Positions 32,633-42,909 of a stretch of DNA of 64,000 nt are shown piece by piece. Origin of the DNA: a virus; the IMG/VR virus record IMGVR_UViG_3300009345_000003, positions 32,001 to 96,000 of that record; one strand, written 5' to 3'. The position numbers were made by a program, and so were the translations under genes. Under the pieces are notes generated by a model. It had not been told where the DNA came from. It did not search any database and was given only the letters and a program-made list of their open reading frames with translations. Each line of letters starts with the position of its first letter. Within the stretch, counting starts at the first letter, position 1.

Positions 32633-34424
32633 GGCGTGGTCACAAGTTAAACTTAACCTGCATCCAGGTTTAACGTTGCTTATAGGTAATAATGGCACCG
32701 GTAAGTCATCTTTAATTATGGGTGTGCAATATGCCCTGGCAGGCGGTGTTTCTGGATTCCACCTTAAAGATTTACTTAAACAAGGCGCTTCTTCTTTTAA
32801 AGTAGCTCTTGGTTGTCGCTATAATGATGATAGTATCGTTATACACAGAGGTAAGCGTTTAAATAAAATAGTTTTTAATGATACTGAAGAAATAAATGTG
32901 CGTGATCGGAACTATACAGATATTTTAAAACGCACTGCTGAATCTTGCATGATTACAGGGACTGTAGCGTCATTTGTAGACATGATGCCGCATGAACGTA
33001 AAAAATATCTTACAAATACTATTTCTGAGGCTACTATGCTTCGTGGTCCTGCAACTGAAATAGTAGTATCTGCTGCTGAAGAGATGGCTACTAAAAAAAT
33101 AGAGGCTATACATAATTATGAAGTAGCTGTGGTAAGGCTGACTGAAGCTCAGGATGTTTTAGCAGAACTAAAAAAGCATTACGTGGAAGAGGAAGAGCGT
33201 TTAAAGAGTATACGTGAACAGACAGCATATACATTGCCTTTTAGTGAAGCTAATTACAAAAAGAAGTGTAATGAGCGTGAGGAAAATGCTACGAAGATTG
33301 TTACTACAAACAAAGAAATAACAAATATAAAAACATTCATACATAAGGTAGAATTAGTTGAAAAAATGATTGCGGATCGTGAAAGTAAAACAGTCGCGTT
33401 AAAGCAACGGTTGGATTCGTATGATAATGATATAGAGCAACTGCGTATGACTCTTAAAGAATTGATGCAGCCTTTATCTTGTCCGGTGTGTGGTGAAGGT
33501 GTTGTTTGTACATGTGGTTCGCCGGTGAATACTAATATAAACGCTCTTGATAGAACGAGAAAAGCAATAAAAAATAAGCTTGAGGCTCGTGAAGTTGATT
33601 TAATTAATTACAATGTATATATGAAAGAAATTAAAGAATATTCTGCTAGAATACCTTCAAACATGGATGAAGGTAGGGCAAAGCTAGTATTGTTGGAAGG
33701 TAATGTTGAAAGCTATAAAGCTCTCAATGACACTCTAACTAATGACATTAATACATTTGACAGAGTTAAGCAACAGATTGAAGCTATAAAAAAAGTTACT
33801 TCTTCAAGTGTGACATTGGATAAAATAAAAGATCGTATAAGAGCACAAAAAGAAAAGATTACTAATTTAGAACAAGTATCTATGCGTAAACAGCATATCA
33901 TTAATATTATCGACGATAAAACCGATTTGTTCAGAAGAATAAAAACAATTGTGTATAATTCTCTTCCAGGCATATATTTTAGTAATAAACTATCAAAAGT
34001 TAATAATTTGGTTAACACACTATCACGTAAACTTGGAGGTATGGAGATTAATTTGTCTGATGGTGAGCAAGGAATTGACATCACAGCAAATGGAAAGCTC
34101 TATAAGATGCTTTCATCTGGAGAAAAGCAACGAGTAAGGATAGCTACTACTCTTGGTTTTGGACTACTTAATCCTTTGTCTGACACTCTTTTTATTGATG
34201 AGGTATTTGATTCTGGTCTTGATACCGAGGGTGCAGAGTTGCTCGCGTCCATGCTAAAAACAGACATGCTTGCTTTTTATAAAAAAATAGTGATGGTATC
34301 GCACAAGTCAGAACTCGTTTTGTCGTTAGCACCAGATAATGTCATAGAAGTTCAGAACAATGCTGGTATACATGCACTACATAAAGTTTCTATAAGTGGA
34401 GGAGTGTTATCTAGTGAAAATTGA
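32595..34424 (+). CDS. SbcC/Rad50-like ABC ATPase (gp46-like)
   Basis: GNNGTGKSS, coiled coils, CPVC zinc hook, LSSGEKQR signature, LFIDEVFD, VSH. Confidence 0.93.
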   Translation: MLQINQLQMSNFRAWSQVKLNLHPGLTLLIGNNGTGKSSLIMGVQYALAGGVSGFHLKDLLKQGASSFKVALGCRYNDDSIVIHRGKRLNKIVFNDTEEINVRDRNYTDILKRTAESCMITGTVASFVDMMPHERKKYLTNTISEATMLRGPATEIVVSAAEEMATKKIEAIHNYEVAVVRLTEAQDVLAELKKHYVEEEERLKSIREQTAYTLPFSEANYKKKCNEREENATKIVTTNKEITNIKTFIHKVELVEKMIADRESKTVALKQRLDSYDNDIEQLRMTLKELMQPLSCPVCGEGVVCTCGSPVNTNINALDRTRKAIKNKLEAREVDLINYNVYMKEIKEYSARIPSNMDEGRAKLVLLEGNVESYKALNDTLTNDINTFDRVKQQIEAIKKVTSSSVTLDKIKDRIRAQKEKITNLEQVSMRKQHIINIIDDKTDLFRRIKTIVYNSLPGIYFSNKLSKVNNLVNTLSRKLGGMEINLSDGEQGIDITANGKLYKMLSSGEKQRVRIATTLGFGLLNPLSDTLFIDEVFDSGLDTEGAELLASMLKTDMLAFYKKIVMVSHKSELVLSLAPDNVIEVQNNAGIHALHKVSISGGVLSSEN

Positions 34425-35292
34425 TATTCAAGCAATACGTAAGTCAATTCCACACATTGATAGAGTTCTTAAACTTTATACTATTGGCGCTTTTAATGAT
34501 ATGGATATCATTTATTTAACTGGTGCTAGTGGAACGTTAAAGAGCAGACTTTTACAGCATATTCTTGAAGAAACTGAGTACGTTCATTTGTCATCATATG
34601 ACATTGAATTTGAATCACGTTTATATAAGACACTAGCTACAAGAAGACTACACGCAGATAAGCGTAATGTACTACTTAACATCGATCATTTTGATTGTAG
34701 ATTTGTAGCTAATATTCTTGATTTAACAAAGTTAAATAAATTGTACTTGTATAGTAGTTGTGATTTAAATTTGGGTGTGCAGTCGATCAGGTGTTTTCCT
34801 TTAGGTAGAAAGAATACGCACGCATTAGTTAAGCAGTGTCTACAAAAAACACCTTGGAAATACACTGCTGATATAGGACGTTTTATTTACCATGCTACTG
34901 ATGGAAATCCGTACAAGATTATACATTTAGCACAATTACTTAAATCAAATAGAACCTTTGCTGAAGGTCGAAGGATGTTATCCATGAATAAGGCAGATGT
35001 GCAGCATATATTTGAAGCTATTGCAAATCCTGAAGCTTCGTTTAAGTCTCTATCTAAGGCTATGCAAAAGAGCTTCGATGCACATAGCTGGGAAGAAATT
35101 AAACAAACTATGTTAGCAACTTTTGAAGAAGCACTACTTGACGCTGAGGAAGAAGAGCTTGTACACGAACAGATGTTTAATCTTTTTTATAATTTTAACC
35201 CACGCAATAAACTTGAGCTGATAGCTAGTTTAATGCAGCTAAAGCATAAAGTGTTATTGTTCTCCCAGGAGCAAGGAAATGTACAGAGCTAA
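34396..35292 (+). CDS. Degenerate clamp-loader-like AAA+ protein (likely GTG start 34414)
   Basis: LTGASGTLKS (altered Walker A), NIDHFD (altered Walker B), FPL...IYHATDGNPYKIIHL lid-like segment. Confidence 0.5.
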   Translation: MEECYLVKIDIQAIRKSIPHIDRVLKLYTIGAFNDMDIIYLTGASGTLKSRLLQHILEETEYVHLSSYDIEFESRLYKTLATRRLHADKRNVLLNIDHFDCRFVANILDLTKLNKLYLYSSCDLNLGVQSIRCFPLGRKNTHALVKQCLQKTPWKYTADIGRFIYHATDGNPYKIIHLAQLLKSNRTFAEGRRMLSMNKADVQHIFEAIANPEASFKSLSKAMQKSFDAHSWEEIKQTMLATFEEALLDAEEEELVHEQMFNLFYNFNPRNKLELIASLMQLKHKVLLFSQEQGNVQS

Positions 35293-35929
35293 AACAAGTA
35301 ATGGGCCTCGCCTACCTGTGTATCAGCGCAGGGTTTCACCTACAGAAGCCACAGAGTATATACAGCGTGAAGACGTTGTTGTTGTTGAAGCTGATAATGA
35401 ACGTGATGGTTTAGGACATATACGTTTATATGAATCTCCCGCAGCTAATTTTGGCGGTAGTGGTATGACTGTAGCTAACTATGTAACTGGTGAACTGTTC
35501 ACTGGAAGTAAGACATGGCCTCCAAGTGATGGTGAATTTTATGTATCTCCTTACAAAGGAGTAGTGTACTTTAATCAATCAGCCGTAGGCACTGAAGTAC
35601 GAATTGATTACGTTGGTACTGGCAGCTTAGTTGATGCTGTAGATATAAACTATATACATGATAAAGCAGATGCTGCTTCAAAAGTGTACACGGGTAAAGT
35701 AGTTATTGCAGGTGGTGCTTCTACAATAATAAATGGATATGCTGTTCAAAATTACTACGCCACGTATACTTCTAATCCAAATGAATCTGTTGCTGGTGAT
35801 TCGACCATTTCAGTGGCTGTAAATTTTATAGAAGACCCTGATAATTTAGCATCAACAATTACAAACAACGGAAGCAGTGAAGTTACTGTTTACTGGAAAG
35901 GTTTACCTGCATTCGAACCGGAGAAATAA
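35279..35929 (+). CDS. Beta-rich, virion-protein-like hypothetical
   Basis: GEFYVSPYKGVVYFNQSAVGTEVRIDY module; T/S/V/G-rich. Confidence 0.5.
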   Translation: MYRAKTSNGPRLPVYQRRVSPTEATEYIQREDVVVVEADNERDGLGHIRLYESPAANFGGSGMTVANYVTGELFTGSKTWPPSDGEFYVSPYKGVVYFNQSAVGTEVRIDYVGTGSLVDAVDINYIHDKADAASKVYTGKVVIAGGASTIINGYAVQNYYATYTSNPNESVAGDSTISVAVNFIEDPDNLASTITNNGSSEVTVYWKGLPAFEPEK

Positions 35930-36454
35930 ATGGATATAAAAGCTGTAGTAATTAAAAAAAATAATAAGGACACAGCGAAGGTTGCTGTAGGTATATGTGA
36001 AATAACTGATAAAAAAGTAACAGTTACAGGTTTTTATATTGCTTCTATAGTCAGCGATTCTATGGCTTATGCAAATAAGCGCAAAGCGCAGCTCACGTAT
36101 CTCCCTTTCTCTGAGATTGGAGGTCTTGTGCAAACGCAAGTATTCCCAATTAGTACGTATGAGGGTGAAACTGTTCTACCACCAAGCATCATGTTTCATA
36201 TTGAGCAAGCAATTGCAGCTGAGAAGAGTAATTTAGCTAGGAAAAATAAATTAAAAAATATGCCTATACCTGGACGTAATGGTTTAAGTCCAGAGGAACA
36301 ACTCGCCCAGGTACATCAGTATATCAAAGCAAATGGTGTTTTACCTAAAGGTAAGGGTGAGGCGCTAATTGATCAGTTAGGTGTACAGGCTGGCGTTACC
36401 AAGGTTGTTAAGTCTTCACCTTATAGGCAGGAATTTGAAAAGGAAGAGTCATGA
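35930..36454 (+). CDS. Hypothetical protein
   Basis: GGAG RBS; coupled ORF. Confidence 0.7.
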   Translation: MDIKAVVIKKNNKDTAKVAVGICEITDKKVTVTGFYIASIVSDSMAYANKRKAQLTYLPFSEIGGLVQTQVFPISTYEGETVLPPSIMFHIEQAIAAEKSNLARKNKLKNMPIPGRNGLSPEEQLAQVHQYIKANGVLPKGKGEALIDQLGVQAGVTKVVKSSPYRQEFEKEES

Positions 36455-36963
36455 AAATAGAGATCATGCAAACACACACGTTTTACGGAATGCTGCGCGC
36501 AACCACAGCTCAATCTATTAAGTTGTATCGATCCGCAGTAATAGGTAAAAAAAACATACCTGTAAGCTCTATGTTTTCTTGTTATTCACCTACAGTTTCT
36601 TTGGAGGCTTTTGATAATTACGTGAAATATGCTAGCCATATGGAAGCTGAGGGGCACAAACCAATAGCTAATGCACAAGGTATTCGCGTTACTGATGGTA
36701 ATAGTGTACACATACTCCCTCCAATAGTGGTTGAACGTTGGGGAGATACATATGTTATTGTTCGTGGGTACAATGCTTTTTTTTACGCCTGTGATAAACA
36801 GCAAGTTCCTAAAGAGTTGAAGTGTATTTGTATAGCAAATCATGCATACAAGTTACCTACTCAAAAAACATATCCTATAGCAGCACCTAAAACAGTTTAT
36901 TCGTACACAGCAACAGAATTTAAGGAACGTGTATATGGTGAAGAAAGACACTTTACATTTTGA
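36451..36963 (+). CDS. Hypothetical protein, possible degenerate ParB/Srx-like domain
   Basis: LPPIVVERWGDTYVIVRGYNA resembles PPIVV...Y-x-I-x-DGHHR without the catalytic residues. Confidence 0.4.
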   Translation: MKIEIMQTHTFYGMLRATTAQSIKLYRSAVIGKKNIPVSSMFSCYSPTVSLEAFDNYVKYASHMEAEGHKPIANAQGIRVTDGNSVHILPPIVVERWGDTYVIVRGYNAFFYACDKQQVPKELKCICIANHAYKLPTQKTYPIAAPKTVYSYTATEFKERVYGEERHFTF

Positions 36964-37627
36964 TAAATTTGAATGTGCATTTAGTACAAAACAGCCTTCT
37001 CCATTTGCAGTATATCAAAATTGGATAGAGAGTATCTATGTACTTAATAATGTCGTAGCTTATTCTTCATTGTGGTCTGGAGCAGTGTATGATGAACTGG
37101 AAGCTATTTTGTATGATAATTATTCAGCCGCGCATTTTATTGGGGATATATTTCAATTGATTAGAAAAGAGGTGAACACTACATTCGATAATCAATCCGA
37201 TTATATAAATATGCTTAATTCCATGGGCATGAATGGTAAACCTCGCAGTGATTTTTTTAATCCGTCAGCGGTTAGTGTTATTGGTCCTCAACTACTTGCT
37301 TATGTGCACCCTGTACACAATACATTTAGATATTCTTTTTTTGACACATACTGTAAAAACATTGACAAATTTAAAAGATTTGATATGCTTCTCCCTGGTG
37401 GACGGCCAGAAAACATTATAAAGTTGGCCTCAGCTTATGCGTATGCAATGCCTAAAAAAAATGTATATACTTTAGTCTTTCCTGCGGTGAACATTGATAA
37501 TTGTTTTATCCTTATTACTCACGAGGAAATTAAGACATTCAAGTCATACCATGTAGAAAAGATATTGCCGCCTAAGCACCCTACTTACACTTTGGAGCAA
37601 TTGGATGAAGTTTATTCACGTTTATGA
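36929..37627 (+). CDS. Hypothetical protein, weak resemblance to a degenerate Dam-like methyltransferase
   Basis: YSSLWSGAVY, MLNSMGMNGKPR...FNP; no DPPY. Confidence 0.35.
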   Translation: MYMVKKDTLHFDKFECAFSTKQPSPFAVYQNWIESIYVLNNVVAYSSLWSGAVYDELEAILYDNYSAAHFIGDIFQLIRKEVNTTFDNQSDYINMLNSMGMNGKPRSDFFNPSAVSVIGPQLLAYVHPVHNTFRYSFFDTYCKNIDKFKRFDMLLPGGRPENIIKLASAYAYAMPKKNVYTLVFPAVNIDNCFILITHEEIKTFKSYHVEKILPPKHPTYTLEQLDEVYSRL

Positions 37628-38099
37628 TGGTGATAATCTCCTAATAAGAACGCTACGTGAATATGAGTGTTTGAACTTTACATGTGTGGCTGGTCCAGAG
37701 TCACTGCATTTTAATACGGATCATTATAGATACCAAATAAAAATGCAAACTAATGTCATAAGACCTTCATATGTAACGACAATACCTGCTATAGTTAGAA
37801 TTTTATTAGGTAAGATGAACCGTATGAGGACTGTATGCTACGCTTTATATAAGTGTGATACTATGCCTTTGAGTCCTTACGACTTTTTAACGGCGCTTGA
37901 TCCAAAGAATGGTTATAAGTATGGTTCAGATGAAACATTTACTGTAATCGAAGACGATGGTTTAGAGAAATTCTATTACATTTCTAGAGACAACGAATCA
38001 ATATTATTTTCAGGAGCTAACAATGGATTGGAAAAACCTTTCACCTGTAGAAATAGCTGCGATGTCAACCAGGGAATTAATGGAGAGGATGTATATTGA
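37605..38099 (+). CDS. Hypothetical protein
   Basis: GGAG RBS; overlaps both neighbours. Confidence 0.6.
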   Translation: MKFIHVYDGDNLLIRTLREYECLNFTCVAGPESLHFNTDHYRYQIKMQTNVIRPSYVTTIPAIVRILLGKMNRMRTVCYALYKCDTMPLSPYDFLTALDPKNGYKYGSDETFTVIEDDGLEKFYYISRDNESILFSGANNGLEKPFTCRNSCDVNQGINGEDVY

Positions 38100-38556
38100 C
38101 GACTCTTCGTTAAATGCCCTTGCAAATGAGCTGAAACGTCAACCAATGATGTATGCAGCGTTTACTAACTTTGCTCGACATCTTCGTGAACGCCGTGAAA
38201 CTTTGAAACTTGAGCTTAAAGAATACATGGCAGCAGCAGTAAAAAAGTACCGTGTTCATGCTAAATCAGCTGCTGATGTTAAATTGTATAGAGAAAATGA
38301 TCTTATGGTTGATGCAACTGTACGTGCATTAAATCGTAAAATTATTAAGGCTACAGAGTTTGCAGCTTTCGCCAGTCATATGGAGCAGTGTCTTTATAAG
38401 CGTAATGACGCTCTGATTGCTTTACTTAAAGCAGACGCTGGTGCTGTTATTATTGATAAAAATATTAAAGATGCTGTGCTGCAAAATGAATTTGAAAAGC
38501 ATCAACGTTTAGAAGATACATTAAATAGCGGTGTTTGGAGAAGACACGATGTTTAA
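38023..38556 (+). CDS. Helical protein, possible UvsY-like recombination mediator
   Basis: IDDSSL...ELKRQPMMYA, long helices, ...LYKRNDAL; phage encodes RecA-like and SSB proteins. Confidence 0.5.
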   Translation: MDWKNLSPVEIAAMSTRELMERMYIDDSSLNALANELKRQPMMYAAFTNFARHLRERRETLKLELKEYMAAAVKKYRVHAKSAADVKLYRENDLMVDATVRALNRKIIKATEFAAFASHMEQCLYKRNDALIALLKADAGAVIIDKNIKDAVLQNEFEKHQRLEDTLNSGVWRRHDV

Positions 38557-39265
38557 CAATAAAAAGAACGCTTTATTAAAAAAACATCGCATTAAGCCAG
38601 AACCGTTACCACAGGAAGAGCAGGCCAAAGTTACTAATCTCCAGGAGGTACGAAAACGAGGCTATGATCCTGACTCCGTAGACCCTGTTGTAGAATCTAC
38701 ACGTACAGAAGCACAAGATAATTCAGATACGCGAGGTAATATAATTCCTTGTATGAATGTGCACACTCCGCCAATGCTGGGTGATGACTTATTTACGTTT
38801 ACTTGTGAATGTTGCGAACAAGATTATGCAAATAACAAGCATACACGGAAAAAGATATATCTTATACTTACGTATGATAATAAAACACAAGAGCACACTT
38901 ATAAAAGATTAACATACAAGCAAGCTAATAATTTGGTTACAGGATTTGTTAAAGGTTTTTTTAAACATGGGTCTATTATTGAGGTTAAACCTAAAACAAT
39001 TATTGAGGTGGGTGTTTTTAATAAAGCGCCTGCATTTAATTCTAAATACAGTAACCAAGATTTTATAATAAAAACAATTTGTGAAGATATAGGTATACCT
39101 CAGTATCTAGTGCATAATTCTAGACATATATTGTGTTTGGATGAACGTCCAGCACCGTATATTTTTATGTACCACGAAACTGATCGTAAGCCGGTATCAT
39201 TCATTGAATACGTCAACACAGGCTATAACTATAACCAGTGGAAAGAATTACAAAAGAAGAAGTAA
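38531..39265 (+). CDS. Hypothetical protein (CECC possible Zn site)
   Basis: Last plus-strand ORF; converges on the tail module. Confidence 0.65.
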   Translation: MFGEDTMFNNKKNALLKKHRIKPEPLPQEEQAKVTNLQEVRKRGYDPDSVDPVVESTRTEAQDNSDTRGNIIPCMNVHTPPMLGDDLFTFTCECCEQDYANNKHTRKKIYLILTYDNKTQEHTYKRLTYKQANNLVTGFVKGFFKHGSIIEVKPKTIIEVGVFNKAPAFNSKYSNQDFIIKTICEDIGIPQYLVHNSRHILCLDERPAPYIFMYHETDRKPVSFIEYVNTGYNYNQWKELQKKK

Positions 39266-41725
39266 GTCACTAGGTTGTGTATTTTCATAGTCATATTCTA
39301 ACTTGATTGTATACGCTAATGCTACAGAAATGGGCGGTATAACTATTATAGATGGGTCTTTTCCACTAGAATCATCTAAAATAATTAAATCGGTTGGATA
39401 TGATAAGCAGGGCTTAGCACAATTAAACATAGCTGTCAGACATTCTATTGCAAGTGCTTTGTGATCATTATTAATGTCGTTAGCATCTTCAATAGCACCA
39501 AAGTGTAACAGAGTTGCGTTTTTTGCATAACCTACGGTTGTAGAGAAGTCGCCAACAGTAAACTTAATAATAGCTGATTGCTCATTTAAATTTGGGGCAG
39601 CTGTTTGCAAATAACCTACATAGTATTCATGTGCTTTGAATGTCCTAGTATCACGTTTATAATTGTAATCGGCTACTGATAACTCGACAGTATCTGGCTC
39701 AAATTGTACTTCGGGTATATCCTTATATGTGTTTAGTACGTCAATGATGTGCCCATCAAATTCAAAACTATCTTTAAATTCTATGATCTTAGCAAATAAG
39801 TTTTTGATAATTGCTAATGTAGGTAGTACGTATTCATTATCTTCACATTGATTAAGTTCAGTCATCAAATAACCGGTGTGTGAGTTAGTCACATCAGTTA
39901 ATTGTGCAAGGTATAAAACTATGCAGCTTAATTCATGCGTTAGCTTTGCCATATCAAGAGATTCGATAGTTGTGCTATCAAATATAAAAGAGGGCTGCGG
40001 GGGCGTATTTTGGCCATTTAAGGCGCTTAATAGTAGCTTGATCTCACTGAATGATTGAGTAAGTGCGGCAGGAATCATTTCTTCTATTGTTTCAGCTACA
40101 ATCATAAGTGCGTCAATGCGTGTTAAGCTTTTTCTAGTAAGCACAGCTTCAGCAAACTTTATATCTTCTGTACAGATTGCAGGACCGCTATAATCCATAC
40201 CAAAAATGTGTTCAAAAGTAGTGATTACATCAGCAGGATGCATACACTGTGAGTAGTCAGTAAGTAGCCCTTCTAGAAAATTTGTAATATCATGTGCAGC
40301 GTTAACAATATTAGGTGCAATATTAGTTTCGTGCACACTATTTAAGTACATTTTAAAAGCTTCTACAGGCATGCGATTTTTACATAGTAATACGCCGTTA
40401 ATAAATTCTGTGTATTCGTGCGCTTCCATTAAGCTGTTATCAGCAACTTGTTTAGTATTTTGCATTTGATAGAAATCACATATATGCCCAGAAAGTGTAG
40501 ACGGCTGACCACTTATTGTAAGATTACCAAATACGAATGTTTGTATGATTTCTTCTACGAAGTCTTTGGAATATTTATCACCATACCTGTGTGTTGCATG
40601 TGTATTTTGGTATGGTGATTGATACACATAAGTGCTAAGTTCCATAAGTGGTGCTGGATTCATAGGCGCAGAACTACTTGATGACGTAGGTATATCAAAA
40701 AGCATAAACATGTAATGGAAATTGAATTGCTGTTGTGGTCGTAACACTAACTCACCGTGTCTAAAACCTCCTATATTTGAATAGTAATTATTGTCGTTTG
40801 TATCATATTGATACACTGGTTGGTCTTCATCAGGTAAGTAAGCTCCTGAAGTACCACCGCCTTGAGCTTCAGTGCCAGCCACATGGCCTAAATTATCTAC
40901 AGGAACATCATGCGTGTATACACGTCCCTGGTAAATAGCGTGTCTGTCTTGATAACGGTATTTCCAGCCGTAGATCATACGTTGCCATTGTGCGCTAGGT
41001 ACAGGAAGGTAGGCTATATTGCCTAAAGTCTCAATAATATCCCAAATAGACTCTAATGTGTCCGGTAATTGAGCTTGAACAGGGATACTATTATAGTTGC
41101 CGTTATGTAAACTGAGTAAAAAATTTTCAGGTTGTACAGCATTATGTTGGTTAATAAAGGGCACAATATCAGATAGTCCAGTAGTGGATGCGTAATCAAC
41201 CTGGATATCACTGCGCCAAATGTTATGTGCTTTAAGATCAAAATTAGTGGTCAATAGTTGTAAAAAGTTAATGTAGTTATCTACGCTTATTGCATAAGTT
41301 TGACTACTTCCATGGACATTACTTGTAATGTCACTCTGCCAAGTAGAAGCAACACTAATATTTAAGTTACCAAGTAAAATGTTTACTTCGTCTGCATCTA
41401 TTAAGATATTATTTATAAAAATATGGTGTTTATAGTCACCATATTTTTCTTCGCCATATTTGTACGTTTCCCAGAGATTAGGTTTTTGTGAACCTGTTAC
41501 AATCTGAGTGCTCTTATTGAATGTAGGTGCACGTGTAAATTCTTTACGTATTGTAGACGGTTCAAATATTTTGTCTGCTATGAAGTTGCACGATCTACGT
41601 AAGGAAAGACTACCCATTGAGTAGACACTAGGTAACGGTGTGTTATCTACTTCAACGGGTAGTCCTTTATCCCAGGTAAACTCTGTATACCTGTAACGAT
41701 CATATTTGTTTTTGTTATAAAGCAC
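39248..41725 (-). CDS. Probable tail tip / virion structural protein
   Basis: 825 aa; last gene of the tail operon; YKYGEEKYG and RYGDKY aromatic-Gly repeats. Confidence 0.5.
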   Translation of the reverse strand: MLYNKNKYDRYRYTEFTWDKGLPVEVDNTPLPSVYSMGSLSLRRSCNFIADKIFEPSTIRKEFTRAPTFNKSTQIVTGSQKPNLWETYKYGEEKYGDYKHHIFINNILIDADEVNILLGNLNISVASTWQSDITSNVHGSSQTYAISVDNYINFLQLLTTNFDLKAHNIWRSDIQVDYASTTGLSDIVPFINQHNAVQPENFLLSLHNGNYNSIPVQAQLPDTLESIWDIIETLGNIAYLPVPSAQWQRMIYGWKYRYQDRHAIYQGRVYTHDVPVDNLGHVAGTEAQGGGTSGAYLPDEDQPVYQYDTNDNNYYSNIGGFRHGELVLRPQQQFNFHYMFMLFDIPTSSSSSAPMNPAPLMELSTYVYQSPYQNTHATHRYGDKYSKDFVEEIIQTFVFGNLTISGQPSTLSGHICDFYQMQNTKQVADNSLMEAHEYTEFINGVLLCKNRMPVEAFKMYLNSVHETNIAPNIVNAAHDITNFLEGLLTDYSQCMHPADVITTFEHIFGMDYSGPAICTEDIKFAEAVLTRKSLTRIDALMIVAETIEEMIPAALTQSFSEIKLLLSALNGQNTPPQPSFIFDSTTIESLDMAKLTHELSCIVLYLAQLTDVTNSHTGYLMTELNQCEDNEYVLPTLAIIKNLFAKIIEFKDSFEFDGHIIDVLNTYKDIPEVQFEPDTVELSVADYNYKRDTRTFKAHEYYVGYLQTAAPNLNEQSAIIKFTVGDFSTTVGYAKNATLLHFGAIEDANDINNDHKALAIECLTAMFNCAKPCLSYPTDLIILDDSSGKDPSIIVIPPISVALAYTIKLEYDYENTQPSDLLLLL

Positions 41726-41728
41726 TCA

Positions 41729-42907
41729 TTATACCTCTTCAGAGGTAGGCACAAAAACTCCATATCCTCGCTTAGCATCTGTTTCAGACGCGCAGCGGTA
41801 TTTATGAAAAGGAAAGATTCCGTAGTTTCTTTCTTCTGAATTTACTACTTGAGAAACAGTGTCACCAGCATACAGTCCTGACAAATCAGTGTAGAAAAAA
41901 GGTAATCTACAAAGAATTCGGTCTAGATTTTCGTAACAACCAAATACGTACGCTGGTGTTAAGACACGCACTCCAGAATATGGTGAATATTTAACCAATT
42001 CTGTAAAATCAATGCCTACATTTACTTCATTTGTTCCATATAACAAGTCACTATCAAACGGTTGTCTAGCGTACCCGTACATGGATTTAGGCATAAACCA
42101 TGTAGATTTACCATCAACAAGCCCTGCAAGAACGTACGTGGCACCGTTAGGTGTTTCGGTAATATTATCGTGAGCACCACCACACCATACACGAGAGTCA
42201 ATTTCTTTGTCTTTATTTGCGATATTTGCGTATGACCCTACGGTTACGTACAGCCCCGGACAGCTAGCATAAGCTATGTCAGGAACTAAAATTTCACCAG
42301 CAAGGCCAAATGAGAAATGCTGATAGTAACCTCGACGTTCAATAGGATCATCACCTTCTTCGTTGGTACAAAAAGAGCACCAACAAAATTGGTTTGTGTT
42401 TCTACGCTCACCTACTTCTGTTAAAAGTGGACTTAGTTGTCTTATAATCCAAGCTTTTGTTATGCGTTGTGATGTATAATCGAAATCATTATCCAAAACA
42501 ACACATGGGGCAGGTATTGTGTCAGGTGTGCGCAACATACTTGTTTCGTCGAAAATATTCACAGCAGAGTTATCGCTTTCACCTAAAGACAAAAAAGAAC
42601 CTGTTAGCGTAATGTCTGTGTTATTATCGCTAGTACTGTATGTGTTAGATGCTGCAATGTGCAGGATACCGCCTTTCAAAACCAGTTTGACATACATTGG
42701 TCCTTCATCGGCGGTGTTAGTGGTTTGTTTTTTAATAATATAAACTATGTCACTTGTTGTGAACTCATTGTTATCATCTACAGACCATACCTCCTCCCAC
42801 ATATACCCAGCTTTAGGTTGATAGGCAGTGAGGTATTCTACAATGGTTCGTAATAGATTTTGAAAAGACACATCTGAGACATAACGCATATGTTCAATTG
42901 TTGCCAT
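41729..42907 (-). CDS. Virion (tail-associated) structural protein
   Basis: Downstream of the tape measure; YQHFSFG and C-terminal GDTV...ERNYGIFP...GYG pattern. Confidence 0.6.
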   Translation of the reverse strand: MATIEHMRYVSDVSFQNLLRTIVEYLTAYQPKAGYMWEEVWSVDDNNEFTTSDIVYIIKKQTTNTADEGPMYVKLVLKGGILHIAASNTYSTSDNNTDITLTGSFLSLGESDNSAVNIFDETSMLRTPDTIPAPCVVLDNDFDYTSQRITKAWIIRQLSPLLTEVGERRNTNQFCWCSFCTNEEGDDPIERRGYYQHFSFGLAGEILVPDIAYASCPGLYVTVGSYANIANKDKEIDSRVWCGGAHDNITETPNGATYVLAGLVDGKSTWFMPKSMYGYARQPFDSDLLYGTNEVNVGIDFTELVKYSPYSGVRVLTPAYVFGCYENLDRILCRLPFFYTDLSGLYAGDTVSQVVNSEERNYGIFPFHKYRCASETDAKRGYGVFVPTSEEV

Positions 42908-42909
42908 TT

